Shown piece by piece: positions 35,281-47,387 of a DNA stretch of 64,000 nt (within the stretch, counting starts at the first letter, position 1; every line of letters starts with the position of its first letter). The notes under the pieces were generated by a model. It was not told the origin of the DNA. It saw nothing but the letters and a program-made list of their open reading frames with translations, and ran no database searches. The stretch is from Rotaria sp. (lineage: Eukaryota): contig CAJNOF010000042.1 of the NCBI GenBank assembly GCA_905250055.1, positions 365,805-429,804 of the forward strand, read 5' to 3'. The position numbers were made by a program, and so were the translations under genes.

Positions 35281-38200
35281 TCTTATTTCTTTTTTTCTAC
35301 TGCAATAAGCCAATAAAGTCAAGATTCGAAGTTTCTCTCAGCAATCATCCATCATTCATTCTCTTGAAAGCATAAAAGCAATGCGCTTTAAAGAGTATTT
35401 GTTCAATGATTTATATATACCTCTTTGAATGCCGCCCAATGAGATAGATTTCCCAAAATCAGCATTACATGATTTCTTTTGCCACATCATTCGATAAAGA
35501 ACATTTAATTATAGCCGAAAGATGAAGCACATCGCTGCTATTAAATAGTAAATTAATAGTTTCTATATCATAAATACTAACAAAATTGAAGAAAAAATTA
35601 TGAGAAACTAAATGCAATATTATAATATTTTCTTGTCGAGGATCTCGAGGAAAACATTCAGTTCAAAACTATGAAAACTGATGCAGATATCGAGAAAATG
35701 TTGAGACCACCTTTTGTTCATCTATTAGACTGATATCAGATGATTTGAATTATGTTCTGTGATTGTAAAGCTTGTCCAATACATTGAATATAGTCAATTT
35801 TTGATATTCTAGACCTAGTTACTCTACTAATATGTCTCCATAAAAGAAATCAAATAATGCTGGGCTTGGTAAGTATGGAGCCCATGAGATTGCAACGACA
35901 GCACTATAGCAACTTCAATGCTGGCTCGGGTATAGACTCAAATGTCGGAAATCGATTTTGTAGCCTGACTGTCAGAGATGGATGTGTGTGCAAGTGGATC
36001 TTGATCAGTGGATGGATGTGGATGGAGAGAATACCACAGCTACACTCTCTAAATATGGTCACTGCATGCTTTTCTCGTTTGTTACTACCTTTCATAACAC
36101 GTGGTTTATAGTATTATAAAAAGGTATACGTTGAATCTGAGTTATCAGTTCATAAAAACGTGATTAACAAAATGGTCGAAATTGTACAACGATAACAGCT
36201 GAACGTTGCACTTGAACAGCTTCACTTCTGTGTTATTCTCGTAACAAGTGTCTGCATACGACACTTCATAGAACAGGTCTGTGCAATGTGAGCTCAGATC
36301 GATCCCTTCGTCTATGTGATCAAGGCGAAAGTTCAAAAACTTTGAGGACTCCCCATTGATCAACTGACTGAAACACCTCGAGCTCAACTGGAGCTATGAA
36401 AAGCTGATATGTGTGCATCGACTAGTCGACAACGATATCTACTTTTCTAAAAGGCAAGTGATAGTCATTCTAGTTATGAAGAATAAAGATAGGTTTGTTG
36501 ATCACATTAAGCAACAGATGACAATGATTTTGAAGATTCAAGATGTTAAATAATTGGTGTTAAGATGGTGATGCGATTTTCAAACAAGTCCAGCTTGTTA
36601 GAAATTAGTTAACAAAAGTCTGGTATGGTTTCAAGCGAATTTCATCTGTGTTGATGCTAGAATGTTTAAAAAAGGACTCTTAACAATGTCATTTAACTTG
36701 AGTAAGCCACCATCAAAACAGGTTCAACTCAATGTACAGCAACCGTCCGTTACAATTGAAATTTTCTTATATTTTCTGGCTTCTGAACGTCATTATTTTT
36801 CGTGTTAAGGCGATATGCGCCGAAAACAAACGAAACCGCATCGATTTCATTCCTGGAATTTGAAGCCTCGACTACAAGTGTAACGACTTTCAAACCTAAA
36901 ATGATCGGGACATGATTATTTTCGGCACTGATCGCTCAAACATTGCAGTTTGGCAATGTAAAAATTGGAAGTTCTGGTTTTTTATTTGGGCTAAAAACAA
37001 AACAATCACCTTTGAATATGAATAATATTTTAAAGAAACATTCAAGCGCTGATGATTACTTACAATTCACTGAAGAAAACAGTCTTGTCATATTAAGATT
37101 TAAAAAAAAAGCTTTTTCTTTGTATATCATTGGAGTTAGTGGTCTTTCTTTTGTTATAGATGTAGTATTTAGCTGGGATTAGTAATACAGTTCCCATAGC
37201 CATTTTAAAATACGCCATAGAAATAAAATGTGCCTTATTCTATTTCGCTAGCAATTTTTCTTTTGTTCGAACTTTCTTCTTAAAAATAATCGCCTTGCAA
37301 AACTAAGCAAGACACTATATATATATCGATGCCAAATCTGTTAGAGATTTTTCGATCGAATCAATAAAGCTACACTCTCTGGTTTAAAAGATGCACCAAC
37401 TCTGATATAAATTGACCCATTTGAGTCATCAATTGCTTGTCATCACGTACTAAAATAAGTGGTCACTCTATGACATTGAACTTTTCTCAACTAATGCTTC
37501 AAAGCAAATAAATACTGGTTCTCTGGTAATGATTCATCACCGACTATAATAGTTTGCTTCTCAAGATCCAGGTAAATTAATATGTAATGCAGCAATATTA
37601 TCAATTAAAGACTTACAACTACATAGTGGCTAATCAATCGATGAGCTTTATAGATACCAAAAATCAATTTAAATGTACAGACTGCCAAGTCTTTCAAATA
37701 TTAGAGTATGAAAAAAAATTGTACACGAGGGAGTCGAGTAATAGTGAATGCATGAAACATGTTTTCCTAGTATCATGTCTAAACAAGCTAGCTGCGTCGA
37801 ACAACGAACTAAAAATAGTATCCGTTACACAGTTTCATCCTTTTCGCAAGAAGCGTCGTTTGGATCATGATAAAAAGTCAAAAATCACCAAATTATTGGT
37901 CATTCGAATCAGTTTCGGCATCAAATAATGTATTTTTTGTTACAATTCCACGAAAAGAATTTTTAGACTTCTTCAATTCGAGAAATTTTCTTGAAAAATA
38001 AAAAGTTGAAGTTTTAATTAACTAAGTATATCATTCTGTGTAATTCAGCAAGAGCAAATTATAAACTCACAATAAAATAGATTATACTGCCACTCATTAA
38101 GGTTGATAAATTCATAATATTTTCATGCGAAAAGCAATTTTAATCAGTACGAGTTAGCTAGTAGCAAATCATGAAAACTTTCTTTTCTAACCATCAAAGT

Positions 38201-38345
38201 ACAACTGCTTCAAGACTCATTTTCCAGAGTCGTTCGACCGATGTTTGATCAGTTGCCAATGGCGATGGCTGTGCAATAGCACAATTTCTAAAAAAAAATA
38301 TACACACACATATAATCTATTTTTTTCTGTTTCCAGACATGCGAC

Positions 38346-41277
38346 TTACTGAAAATATAAACCATTTGATTTTTCCAGTGTCGGTTCAACAGCACAATAA
38401 ACAACTGTATGTGCACCGATTTCAGTCGTTTTAGCAAATACGAATTTCAAATAACGCACGAATGGATAAGACAGATTGAATGCTAACCAACTAATGACGT
38501 GTGCTGATGATCTACTGTGTGAAGTTGATAACCAGCCGGGAGTCAACGCAAAGACATCGATATGTTCCGCTTAAATGAAAATACCTTCGAAACAAATGAT
38601 AATTATCCCATTGACATAATACCGAATAAATCCTGTTTCAGTTTGACTGTCGATAGAATTTGGAATAGCTTCGATGATGGATAAGCACCATGCCAATGAG
38701 GATTTCGAAACTGAGTAAAAATATCTGACCAATTAATTGATTCTATACCTAATTTTAATTTCAAAAAAGAAAGATCTCGTATTTCTTATTCATCAGTTTA
38801 TTACTGTCATGCAGTTCAGATGATACATTGATTATACGACTTGGTCGACATTTTTTCAATTTATCTAATAGAAGGTTTGTAAGAAGAAAATGGCCAAGAT
38901 AATTGGCTTGAATCACTGCATTGAAACCATCTTTAGTCATAATAGGCGATGACCAACTAAGACGAGCATTACAAATCAAGATATCCAATCTTTCTTCCTC
39001 TTCATTGTATAGTTTGGCAAAAGTTCGAACCGATTCCAATGAACAAAGATCACATTCCATCAATCGAATATTGTTTGTATTAGCACTGGTTTCCACGAGA
39101 AGCTTCTCCATTGCTAGACGTCCTTTATGCAGATTTCGACAAGCAATAATAACTCGAGCTCCTAAATATCGATTCATTCATATTGGAAGACTATGATGTG
39201 GCTGAATTGTGGGAGTGTGAATTTAAGTTAGTGTTCTATTTAATTTACGAGCAAATTATGTTAAATTAAGCTTGTTTGCACTTCATAATTTATCACATAA
39301 AAAATTAGATTAGATCATTCAATGCCTTTCTGATATTCTACGTAAGAAATATTGCTCTGAAGGCGAACAAGCACGCTCGTAAATGAGTCTACGATGATAG
39401 ACAGAGATTCTCCACGGTTTTCGTGCATGATGAGCGCATGCAAACATAGCGTCAATTAACAATTTCCGTATACGGAGACTGAAACAAAATAGGAAGTTTT
39501 GGAAAAGTATTCCTTGATTCTCCATTTATGAAGTTAAACGCCTATGGTATACGATCGTCCTATATTTGTAATATCGGATGGTATTTTTAACTATACATAT
39601 TAATTCAACAATTTTTTACAATAATATAAGCATTCTAAAACTATAATTATACAGTTTTTGATCGAAAAATCGCTTTCAAAAATTATTCCTAGGGTCATTG
39701 AACTAGAGAATATTATAACGAAAAAAGAAGCATTCTAAAGGTACGAAAGAATTATAGGTCGAAGGTATAACTATAGTACACAGAACAAATCCATAAAACT
39801 GTTTAATGCAAAGATCTTTCCACTTGCGTCCTTCATTGATATCGGTTAAATGATACACGAGGAAGCAAGAGAAAGAGGAAAGAAAAAAACATCTTTACAT
39901 GGGCCTGGCTAACCATATAGTACCCCGCTTTGCTTTATTTTCTATTATCATGTAAAAAGTCCAATCATATTCAGGTCAAATTATCACCGTCATCGCTTAT
40001 CTACTAAATTTAAAATATTAACTACGGATGACTGTCTGATATGAAATTATTTAGCCCCTTAACGAACGATAGAACACGATTTTTAGGACTCAATAATTGC
40101 ATACAAGACAGCCATCAGCAGCTAATGTTTTAAATGTAGTAGTTTAGCGATAGAGATGATAATTTGGCCGGAATATGGCTAGACTTTTTAAATTTTAATA
40201 GAAAGAAAGCGAAACGAAATATCTTATGGTTGACCACGCCTTAAATACTCTGTACTTTCTTTAGTAAGTTTATTTTATTAATTTTTCCTCTTCTTATAAT
40301 GAAAAGAGATACTATTCTACTGTGTGACTCAAAAGTAGCCTGATAGAGACTTCTTTTCGACTTTCTTTTCTGTATAGATCTATAGGTCAATTTGATATTT
40401 GGACCACATATACTAGATGACAATAAAGAGAGAAAGAACCTATTATCAGATTTCAATTGCAAGAATTCGTTCGAAAATATCCGAATATCTTTCGTATACT
40501 CTTATATGACTGTCACATAAATTCGATAGTGTCTAATCGAAGTAAATGTCTTTTTTCATTATATCTTGTTTTTGAAGAGTTTTCTATGTCACGAGTCTGA
40601 AACAACATAAAGATCAATAGAATTCAAACAGACCAAAAGATAGAAGCACAACTCTACTAGAAAACTAGAAACTTATGTGATAATCATATAAGAATGTACG
40701 GAAGATAGTTGGATATTTTCTGACAAATTCTTATAATCAAGCGCTGAGAATAGGTTCTTTTTCTGATTATTCTCATCTAGTATCTATGATTCAAATATGA
40801 GATCAAACTATAGATCTATAAAGAAAAAAAAGCCGACAAGAACTCTATGTTAGGTTATTTTTTTGGCTACCTTGTATGTTTAAATTTGAATTTATTTTAC
40901 ATTAATAGGAAAATGACACTACCGCTGAATCGAACCTCGTTGAAGCAGATCTTTTACTGTGTCATAGCCAACACCAGTATTTCCTCCTGTGATTAGTACA
41001 GTTTTGCCTTGTATAGATTGTTGACTCGGATAAGATCGACGACTGATCCATAGTTTATTAAACAGCCATGTTGCCGTCACTACGTACAAAAACAGAACGA
41101 TGAAAATAATTGAAGAATGTTGGTGTGTAGTAGAATACCAGTACTACTAGCGATGAGAATAGTCGTACGATATTGATCGAGAAATCGTTGAATGATAAAA
41201 GATGATTCATGAATGATTGTGGCAGACATTTTTCTTGCGCCGTTGACTTTTGTATGACGTTGACAACTGATTGCCAT
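38346..41277 (-). CDS. Retinol-dehydrogenase-like short-chain dehydrogenase/reductase (RDH11/12-type, membrane-anchored). 5-exon model: 41139-41277; 40936-41079; 38805-39161; 38623-38724; 38346-38569. Introns are 59, 1774, 80, 53 nt.
   Basis: Spliced by hand, all GT..AG and in phase: M..SATIIHESSFIIQRFLDQYRTTILIASST|VTATWLFNKLWISRRSYPSQQSIQGKTVLITGGNTGVGYDTVKDLLQR|GARVIIACRNLHKG..RIINVSSELHD|NIFTQFRNPHWHGAYPSSKLFQILSTVKLKQDLF|AEHIDVFALTPGWLSTSHS...FAKTTEIGAHTVVYCAVEPTLEKSNGLYFQ*. This has the Rossmann TGxxxGxG motif, the NVSS block, the active-site YxxxK (Y-P-S-S-K), and HPG to TPG plus the C-terminal EGAQT-like motif typical of RDH11/12/14. Start codon (41277 or 41229) is uncertain. Confidence 0.7.
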
Positions 41278-42131
41278 ACGGGGTCAGACTGTGATTCAGT
41301 ATTTATTTACCGACGTACAAGACAAGATCTATAGATGTCATGTATAATCGTAAAATTTATATAAATTTGTTGAAAACGAGCGACATCAAGGTTGGCAGTT
41401 CTTTATCGCATATGGCATTGTTAGAAGCGAACTTTCGTCCGATTCTTAATGGCAATATAAGTTGATGCAATCAAGTAGCCCTCGTCAAATTCAAATTACA
41501 CAATTCTTCGTACAATCGAATCGAAACGTTTCTTATACTTTCTTATGAGGAGCTAAAAAAGCTATCATTCATCTTTCTCAAAACCAATTTATATGTCATT
41601 ATTTTTAATGATGACTAATTGTGAAAGATAATTAAATTATTCGATTGTAGACTCGTTCATAAAAAAGAGTGGCGATATGTCTGAAAAAGAGTATTTTTGA
41701 AGTTACGTGTCTTAAAGAAAGAAATCAATAAATAATTCATGTACTGCTATATGGTTCAGCATGATGATTCATCTGACAACCACGGTCAATCACTGCGAAT
41801 GATATGTGATGAAATAACCTCCCGTTCGAATTCTTACAATACAAAACGCCTATAGTCGATCCTGAATGCATTTCTGCATGATATCATTGATTGATTTAGA
41901 ATTTGGGTGGCATTGAATCTTATTTTTCACTTACTATCGTAGTAAATATTCAAAGGTATGTCAATTATTTAATCCGAGATACGTGCATACAATACAATAG
42001 AAAAATTGAAATCAACACATGTCAAGGTAAAATATTGTTACACAAATAAGTCAGTGTGAGACGAGTGCATTGGTGATGCTTTTACTGGTTGAGACAATCT
42101 GCCATTGCCAAACTTATTAATAAATATGGGT

Positions 42132-42452
42132 TTAGAATTCCATGACGTATTTAAGTTGCTCATTTTCGGCACACATTTCACGAAACTTTTTTTCAGATAT
42201 TTTTTCTTTACCAGCAAATGACTTGTTGATACTGCTGTTGAGTGCAACTATGAAGTTTTTCATTTTCTCGTCTTCACTTTTGTAATTATCAGCACATAGT
42301 AACAAGACGAATTCTACAACATTGACGACTTCAGTTTGGCTAGGAAGACCATCACGATTAGCATCGCACAGCTTGAAGAATACTGTCATTTGTATGAGTG
42401 ATCTCTTCGTATCGAATGCTGCTCTCCACATCAAAAGTTTCGTATAGATCAA
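42132..42452 (-). CDS. Possible exon encoding an EF-hand calcium-binding loop (..FKLCDANRDGLPSQTEVVNVVEF..); gene context unresolved.
   Basis: A single EF-hand-like DxNxDG..xxE loop in a 106-aa ORF, with no further support. Confidence 0.25.
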   Translation of the reverse strand: MIYTKLLMWRAAFDTKRSLIQMTVFFKLCDANRDGLPSQTEVVNVVEFVLLLCADNYKSEDEKMKNFIVALNSSINKSFAGKEKISEKKFREMCAENEQLKYVMEF

Positions 42453-42477
42453 TCATGCGTACAAATTATACAGTAGT

Positions 42478-42902
42478 GTTAAACTTGAAAGTTGAACTCA
42501 AGTATTCAATTTTTCAATTAGTCAACGCCTGCAATATCACCAGAATCACCTAACATCGACAGGTACTGTCTGGAATGCTACTAGCATCACCTGGCGCGCA
42601 CGCCACAGGGTTCTCTAAAATGCTGTCAGTGTGACGTAGGATGTTGCAAGCATCACCTAGGATGCTTCATACATTATTCGAGATGCTGCAAGAAGTATGT
42701 GAGAATCTTAAGCTACAGTACAGCAGTGAGTAGGAATAATGGTGCACACAGAGATGTGCATGGGTCGTGGCTCTTTGGGAAGCGCGAAGCGCCCCTACGC
42801 TGCGACGCTGAATCAAAAGATTTCCCCATTGAATATCCGCAGAACACTTGAGAAGTTAAAATATGAATAGTTGAATACTTGAATTCAAGTTTCAAGTTTG
42901 AC
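42478..42902. mobile_element. MITE-like element (about 425 bp) with about 30-bp TIRs and an unusually GC-rich interior carrying repeated gcatcacct(a/g)g motifs.
   Basis: The TIR gttaaacttgaaagttgaactcaagtattcaa (42478-42510) pairs with ttgaatacttgaattcaagtttcaagtttgac (42871-42902). Interior: ..agcatcacctggcgcgcacgccacagg..gcaagcatcacctaggatgc..gcgcccctacgctgcgacgctgaat... The core acgctgcgacgct also occurs at 14556-14575. Confidence 0.45.
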
Positions 42903-44674
42903 ATATATGATAAAGTAAAGCCTTTCCGTATCCTATACTCTATGGTGAAGAATATTTCTAGTCTTATCCTATCCTACCATGCGATTTTTTGATTTCGCTA
43001 CATCTCTTTTAATAAACATTGAACTATTTGAAATAATTTTAAAGGCATATTCGTCTCAACATCATGATGTAAAAATGCTAATGTTCGTCATGTTAATTAT
43101 TGATTATATTCATCAAATCTTAAAAAAAATAAATATTATTCTCTGAACTAAGTACATCATTGTAAATAACATCTAGTTTGAACTATTACAAGAAAGGAAT
43201 TTTTCTCTGTTGATATGGTCTACAATTTTCGGAATTTTCTGCATTCGACACTGAAACGTTGCCATAACCATTGTCATTTAGTATCGATCAATCTCATTTT
43301 CAACGTGGTTATATTTCGTGTAAAATTTGATGTTGATTTTATTTGAAATCACAGCATTACCTTCCAGAAAAAAAACATTTTTTCTACATTTTCATTTTAT
43401 TTTAAGGAATTTCCTTTGGAAATATTCATCTTCATGTGGAGTTACAGTAAAATATTTCAATTATTAAACATTCTTAAAATGATTAACTAATGCAGGTCAT
43501 TCTTTCAGAATTTTTCAAGTTTTACAAATACTTCACAATTGTTTGGTAACACTTTTGAATGTACATAAGGTTCTATTGAATATGCTTCAAAAGTAAAATA
43601 ATCAACAATTGTTGATTGTATTTGCTTATTGGAAAAACGATGTTGAACTTTGTTTCATTGATATATTTAATGATTCAATACCATTTTGAACTGTCCCAAT
43701 AGAATCATACTATTTTTATCTTCGATATTAGAGCCAGTTCAAATATTTATATTGCACAGGTATTGTTTGATGAAGGGATTTTTCTATTAAAATCAATTTT
43801 CTTTTGTTATGATGTGGGATTAACGACACAGCCAATAAGCATAAGCTTTTTGTTTAAAACTACTTATCAATTATTAAAGTTTGTCGAAAAGAATGTGCAT
43901 CATTCTATTGAAGAATTGGTAATATTCGATATGGATCGGATACCATCTGATTAATTTTGTGCTGTGACTTGTATTCATCATTATGTCAACAAGTTCTAAA
44001 TCTTATTTATAATCAATATTTTTATATTTATATGAAATATCTTCAGGTATATAACAAAAATATTTGCAGTTGTTGTTGTACACATGGTTTAAGTTAAAAT
44101 CAAAAAGATGTTTATATATGTACACATTGCTTGACGAAGGAAACGACGTGTAACAAAACATTTTTTTTGCTTCCCTATACATAAACTAGTGAATTATTTC
44201 TATATTCATGAGTAAAGATGTAGAAGGATCACAAGAAAGAAAATTTAATGAGACCGAGATCAAAAAAACTTGGTCCCACAATCTCTCTATTCGCGAATCA
44301 TGACTAATTTTAAATACCTAATCGTATAAATTTTGAGTTAAAATCAATCTGAAGAATCCATTGATATTATTGTATTTCTATTTGGTTTCACATGCAATAA
44401 TAAATACATAACCAAATTCAAGATGCCATCAATGTATACTTTTCTTTCTTTTTATTTTTGCTGTCGGTTTAACAAAAAAAAACCATGAAATGATTTCTAT
44501 AAGTTGAAGGAAGGATTAAGACGATATATCGCAATAATTCGATTACAATTTTTCTTAATTATAACTCTAGTAAGATTATGTATGATTTATTTAATTTAAG
44601 TAAATGAAATTCTAGCTATTTCATTATGAATATTAATCTATTTTTAAAAAGGTTCGAAAAACCAAAGAATAAAG

Positions 44675-45504
44675 TTATTTTTTTGTTTCAGCAAGTGTTG
44701 CCATATATTCGCTTTCTTTTGATGATCCAGTAATACGTTTAAATAATAAACCTTTACTAAAATAATTAGCTAACGCTGGTCGTTCTTTCATGATTTGTTC
44801 GTGTTTTATTAATGCTTGACGATCTTCTTCATTTGGCAATACAATTTCATGATAATCACGAGCTAATGTAAATGCTTCAAAAACAAAATAATCAGCAATT
44901 GTTGGTTCTTGTTGATCATAATAAAGTGATGTTGAACTTTTTTTAAGTAAATTATTTAAGGCTTTTAAATTGTTTGAAATCATTCTCAATAAACGATACG
45001 ATGGATTATTTTTATCAGTAAAATTCAAATTGCTGAATATACAAGTTATAACATTCGATATAATATCAGTATATGCACATGAAACAACACCATCAATATA
45101 GCCATGTAAAAAGTCTTCATTATCAATGGATGGTGTTAATTTACCATATAAATCAAATTTTCGTGCTAATAGTTGTCCTATGAAAATAAAAAATTAATGA
45201 AGTTTAGTTTTTATTAATTGAACAAACCTAATGTTAAAGTTTGACCAAAAGTATGTGTATCATTCCAATGAAGTACAGGTAAATTATGGAATGGTCCGGA
45301 TATTGTTTCATCAGCCTTGTGTGTAGGCCATAATTCAGCACTTGTCGCAAGTAATTCAAAATCTTCTTTGTAATCAATATTTTTATGTGCATATGCTATA
45401 TCTTCAAGCATATAACGAACACTTTGAATACGACCACGACAATTCCAGTAATAAAGTCGAAGTTTAATATCACCTGATGTTTTTGTTGACATGATGCGAT
45501 TCAC
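44675..45504 (-). CDS. Glutathione S-transferase (sigma / prostaglandin-D-synthase-like class). Two exons, 45228-45504 and 44675-45177, with a 50-nt intron.
   Basis: Exon 1 ..IKLRLYYWNCRGRIQSVRYMLEDIAYAHKNIDYKEDFELL...PVLHWNDTHTFGQTLTL is the GST N-terminal thioredoxin-like fold with the sigma-class Y-F/W-N-x-R-G-R motif. Intron gtttgttc...ttttcatag. Exon 2 begins |GQLLARKFDLYGK.. (compare sigma-GST AIxRYLARKxGL) and continues through a GST_C-like helical domain to ..ERPALANYFSKG..*. Confidence 0.7.
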
Positions 45505-47387
45505 AGCAAGAAGATACTGAATACAAATAAGAAATTAAAGAAAAACTTCAGTCCTTATATACACAGCATGCGACTATAGACAGAGAACGGAACGTATAAG
45601 AATAAATTGAAATATAATCAAAACAACAAAAAAAAAGAGGAAATATGATCCAATGAAAGATAGTAAAATGATATTTCAGTGGAATATTCATTTTTTTTCT
45701 TTCGATACGGATCCATCCATAGAAAATGTCTAGACAATTACTATGAATATATTCTTTTTCTCTTACACAACATTCAGCTAAATTTTCAAAGTTAGTTTGT
45801 TTTACAGTTCATATTTAAATAGGAAATCAACTAAATAAATCAACTGAATATGAATTCGATATTGGAATATTTTCAAGATAAGTTTTATTTGTTGTTTATG
45901 ACATGTGTTTTTTCAGTTCTATCTTTGATTCACTTATTGAATGAACTAAAGTTTAATTTAAAAAAAATAAGCAATATAGCTGAGCAAGCAGACTTTTTCT
46001 CAAACTTTTTTTTTTATACCTAGCATCCCGGAGGAAGGGAAGGGGGTCGAATATTGCCATTTGTACCTGAAGGTCATTTATAGATAATCGTTAACACATT
46101 CATATAAATAGATATGACGAAAATTAAAGGATTTTTAATGTTGAAACCTTGAATTTGTTTTTCTTCGCAATTGAAATATCATCTTTCCGATGAATATATA
46201 TGAAAACTAAGCAATCCAATTTCATTTATATAGAATTCAACAAAAGTAAGTTCGTTTGTAATTTAAAATACCTCTAGGCATTGATGAAGCTATAGTATAC
46301 ATCAATGATCAATCCATTCTGATGTGAATCTTTTAATAGATAATATTTATAATAAAATCATGCTATCAATTTATCCCCATTTATTTTTTCATAAATTTAA
46401 ACAGAATCAATGTTTATTCTTTATTTGTAAAATCTAATTCGATAAAAGAAAAAAGTTCACTAGTTCATTGTTAATATATTATGTGAGTATATTTTTTGTC
46501 TAATCAAAAGTCACTCAAATATTTCAATGATATGTTGTAAAAAAATGAAATATAAGACAATCGACATTATCCTTCAAGAATGATCTTAAACGAATGAAAT
46601 TCGATATTGACAAGTAAATAAACAAAAATAATAAAATATTAATCAATATGATGCTAGACAGCTTGTCTAAACAATACCAAATGAGTAACATATTTATTTT
46701 CGACTTACTTTTCTGAGACTCGAAAGAAAAAGAAATTCTAAAATCGATTAGACTCATATTTAATCATCTTAGATCTGATGTATTTAGTCTTCCAATGATC
46801 AAAGGAAGAAGTATATTGATTAGTTAATATAGGTATATGTTTATGCCAAAATTTGAATAAGAAAGATCTCAAAAAATACAAAGTTAATGTCTTCATTACA
46901 TCGTTGTTCGTTCCATCTACGGAACAATCTATGCTCAGAAATTTTTTTTGAAACACTCATGGTTTTGTTTTTATAACCCTTACTTAAGGATACCATTGTG
47001 AAATAACAGAAAAGATGTTTTACGCTGCTTTCTTGTTTTTTTTTGTACATGAAGAAACTTTTGTCCATCTTGTTTTATATGAAAGAAAAAGAAGCTAAAC
47101 AAAAAGTAATCAATTTTGATATTCATCAAGAATAATTCCTTTTGTTGATGAAGTGTCAGTAACATCTTATTCTGACTCGTCAATTGTTGTTTAAAACAAC
47201 AAGTGAAACTCGATGGAAAGATATGTCAGTACTTTTTTTTAGGTGAAAAAATGATAAGGATCTTATGTAATGGACGTGGATTGTTGACTTTGACATGAGT
47301 GTGCAACAACTTTTTGTTATAGTTTTTTTGTGTCACATGATCAAGTTAGAAAGGTAAAAAGTGCTGAATAATTTGATTAAATAAATA

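Noticed and set aside
38346-38546. Leading 'M' of ORF 38346-38546 (and of 44675-45028, 59975-60802) as a start codon
   Set aside because: These positions are TTG codons internal to spliced exons. The ORF track appears to permit non-ATG starts, so the 'M' is an artefact.
41080-41277. ORF 41080-41277 as a separate small gene
   Set aside because: It is exon 1 of the RDH-like gene read through a 59-nt intron (gtattcta..tgtacgtag). Splicing at 41139/41079 joins it in frame to the TGxxxGxG exon.
42520-42860. GC-rich block as a CpG-island promoter or a small RNA gene
   Set aside because: It is bounded by clean 30-bp TIRs and built from internal 10-mer repeats, which is more parsimoniously a MITE. 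There is no adjacent gene start.
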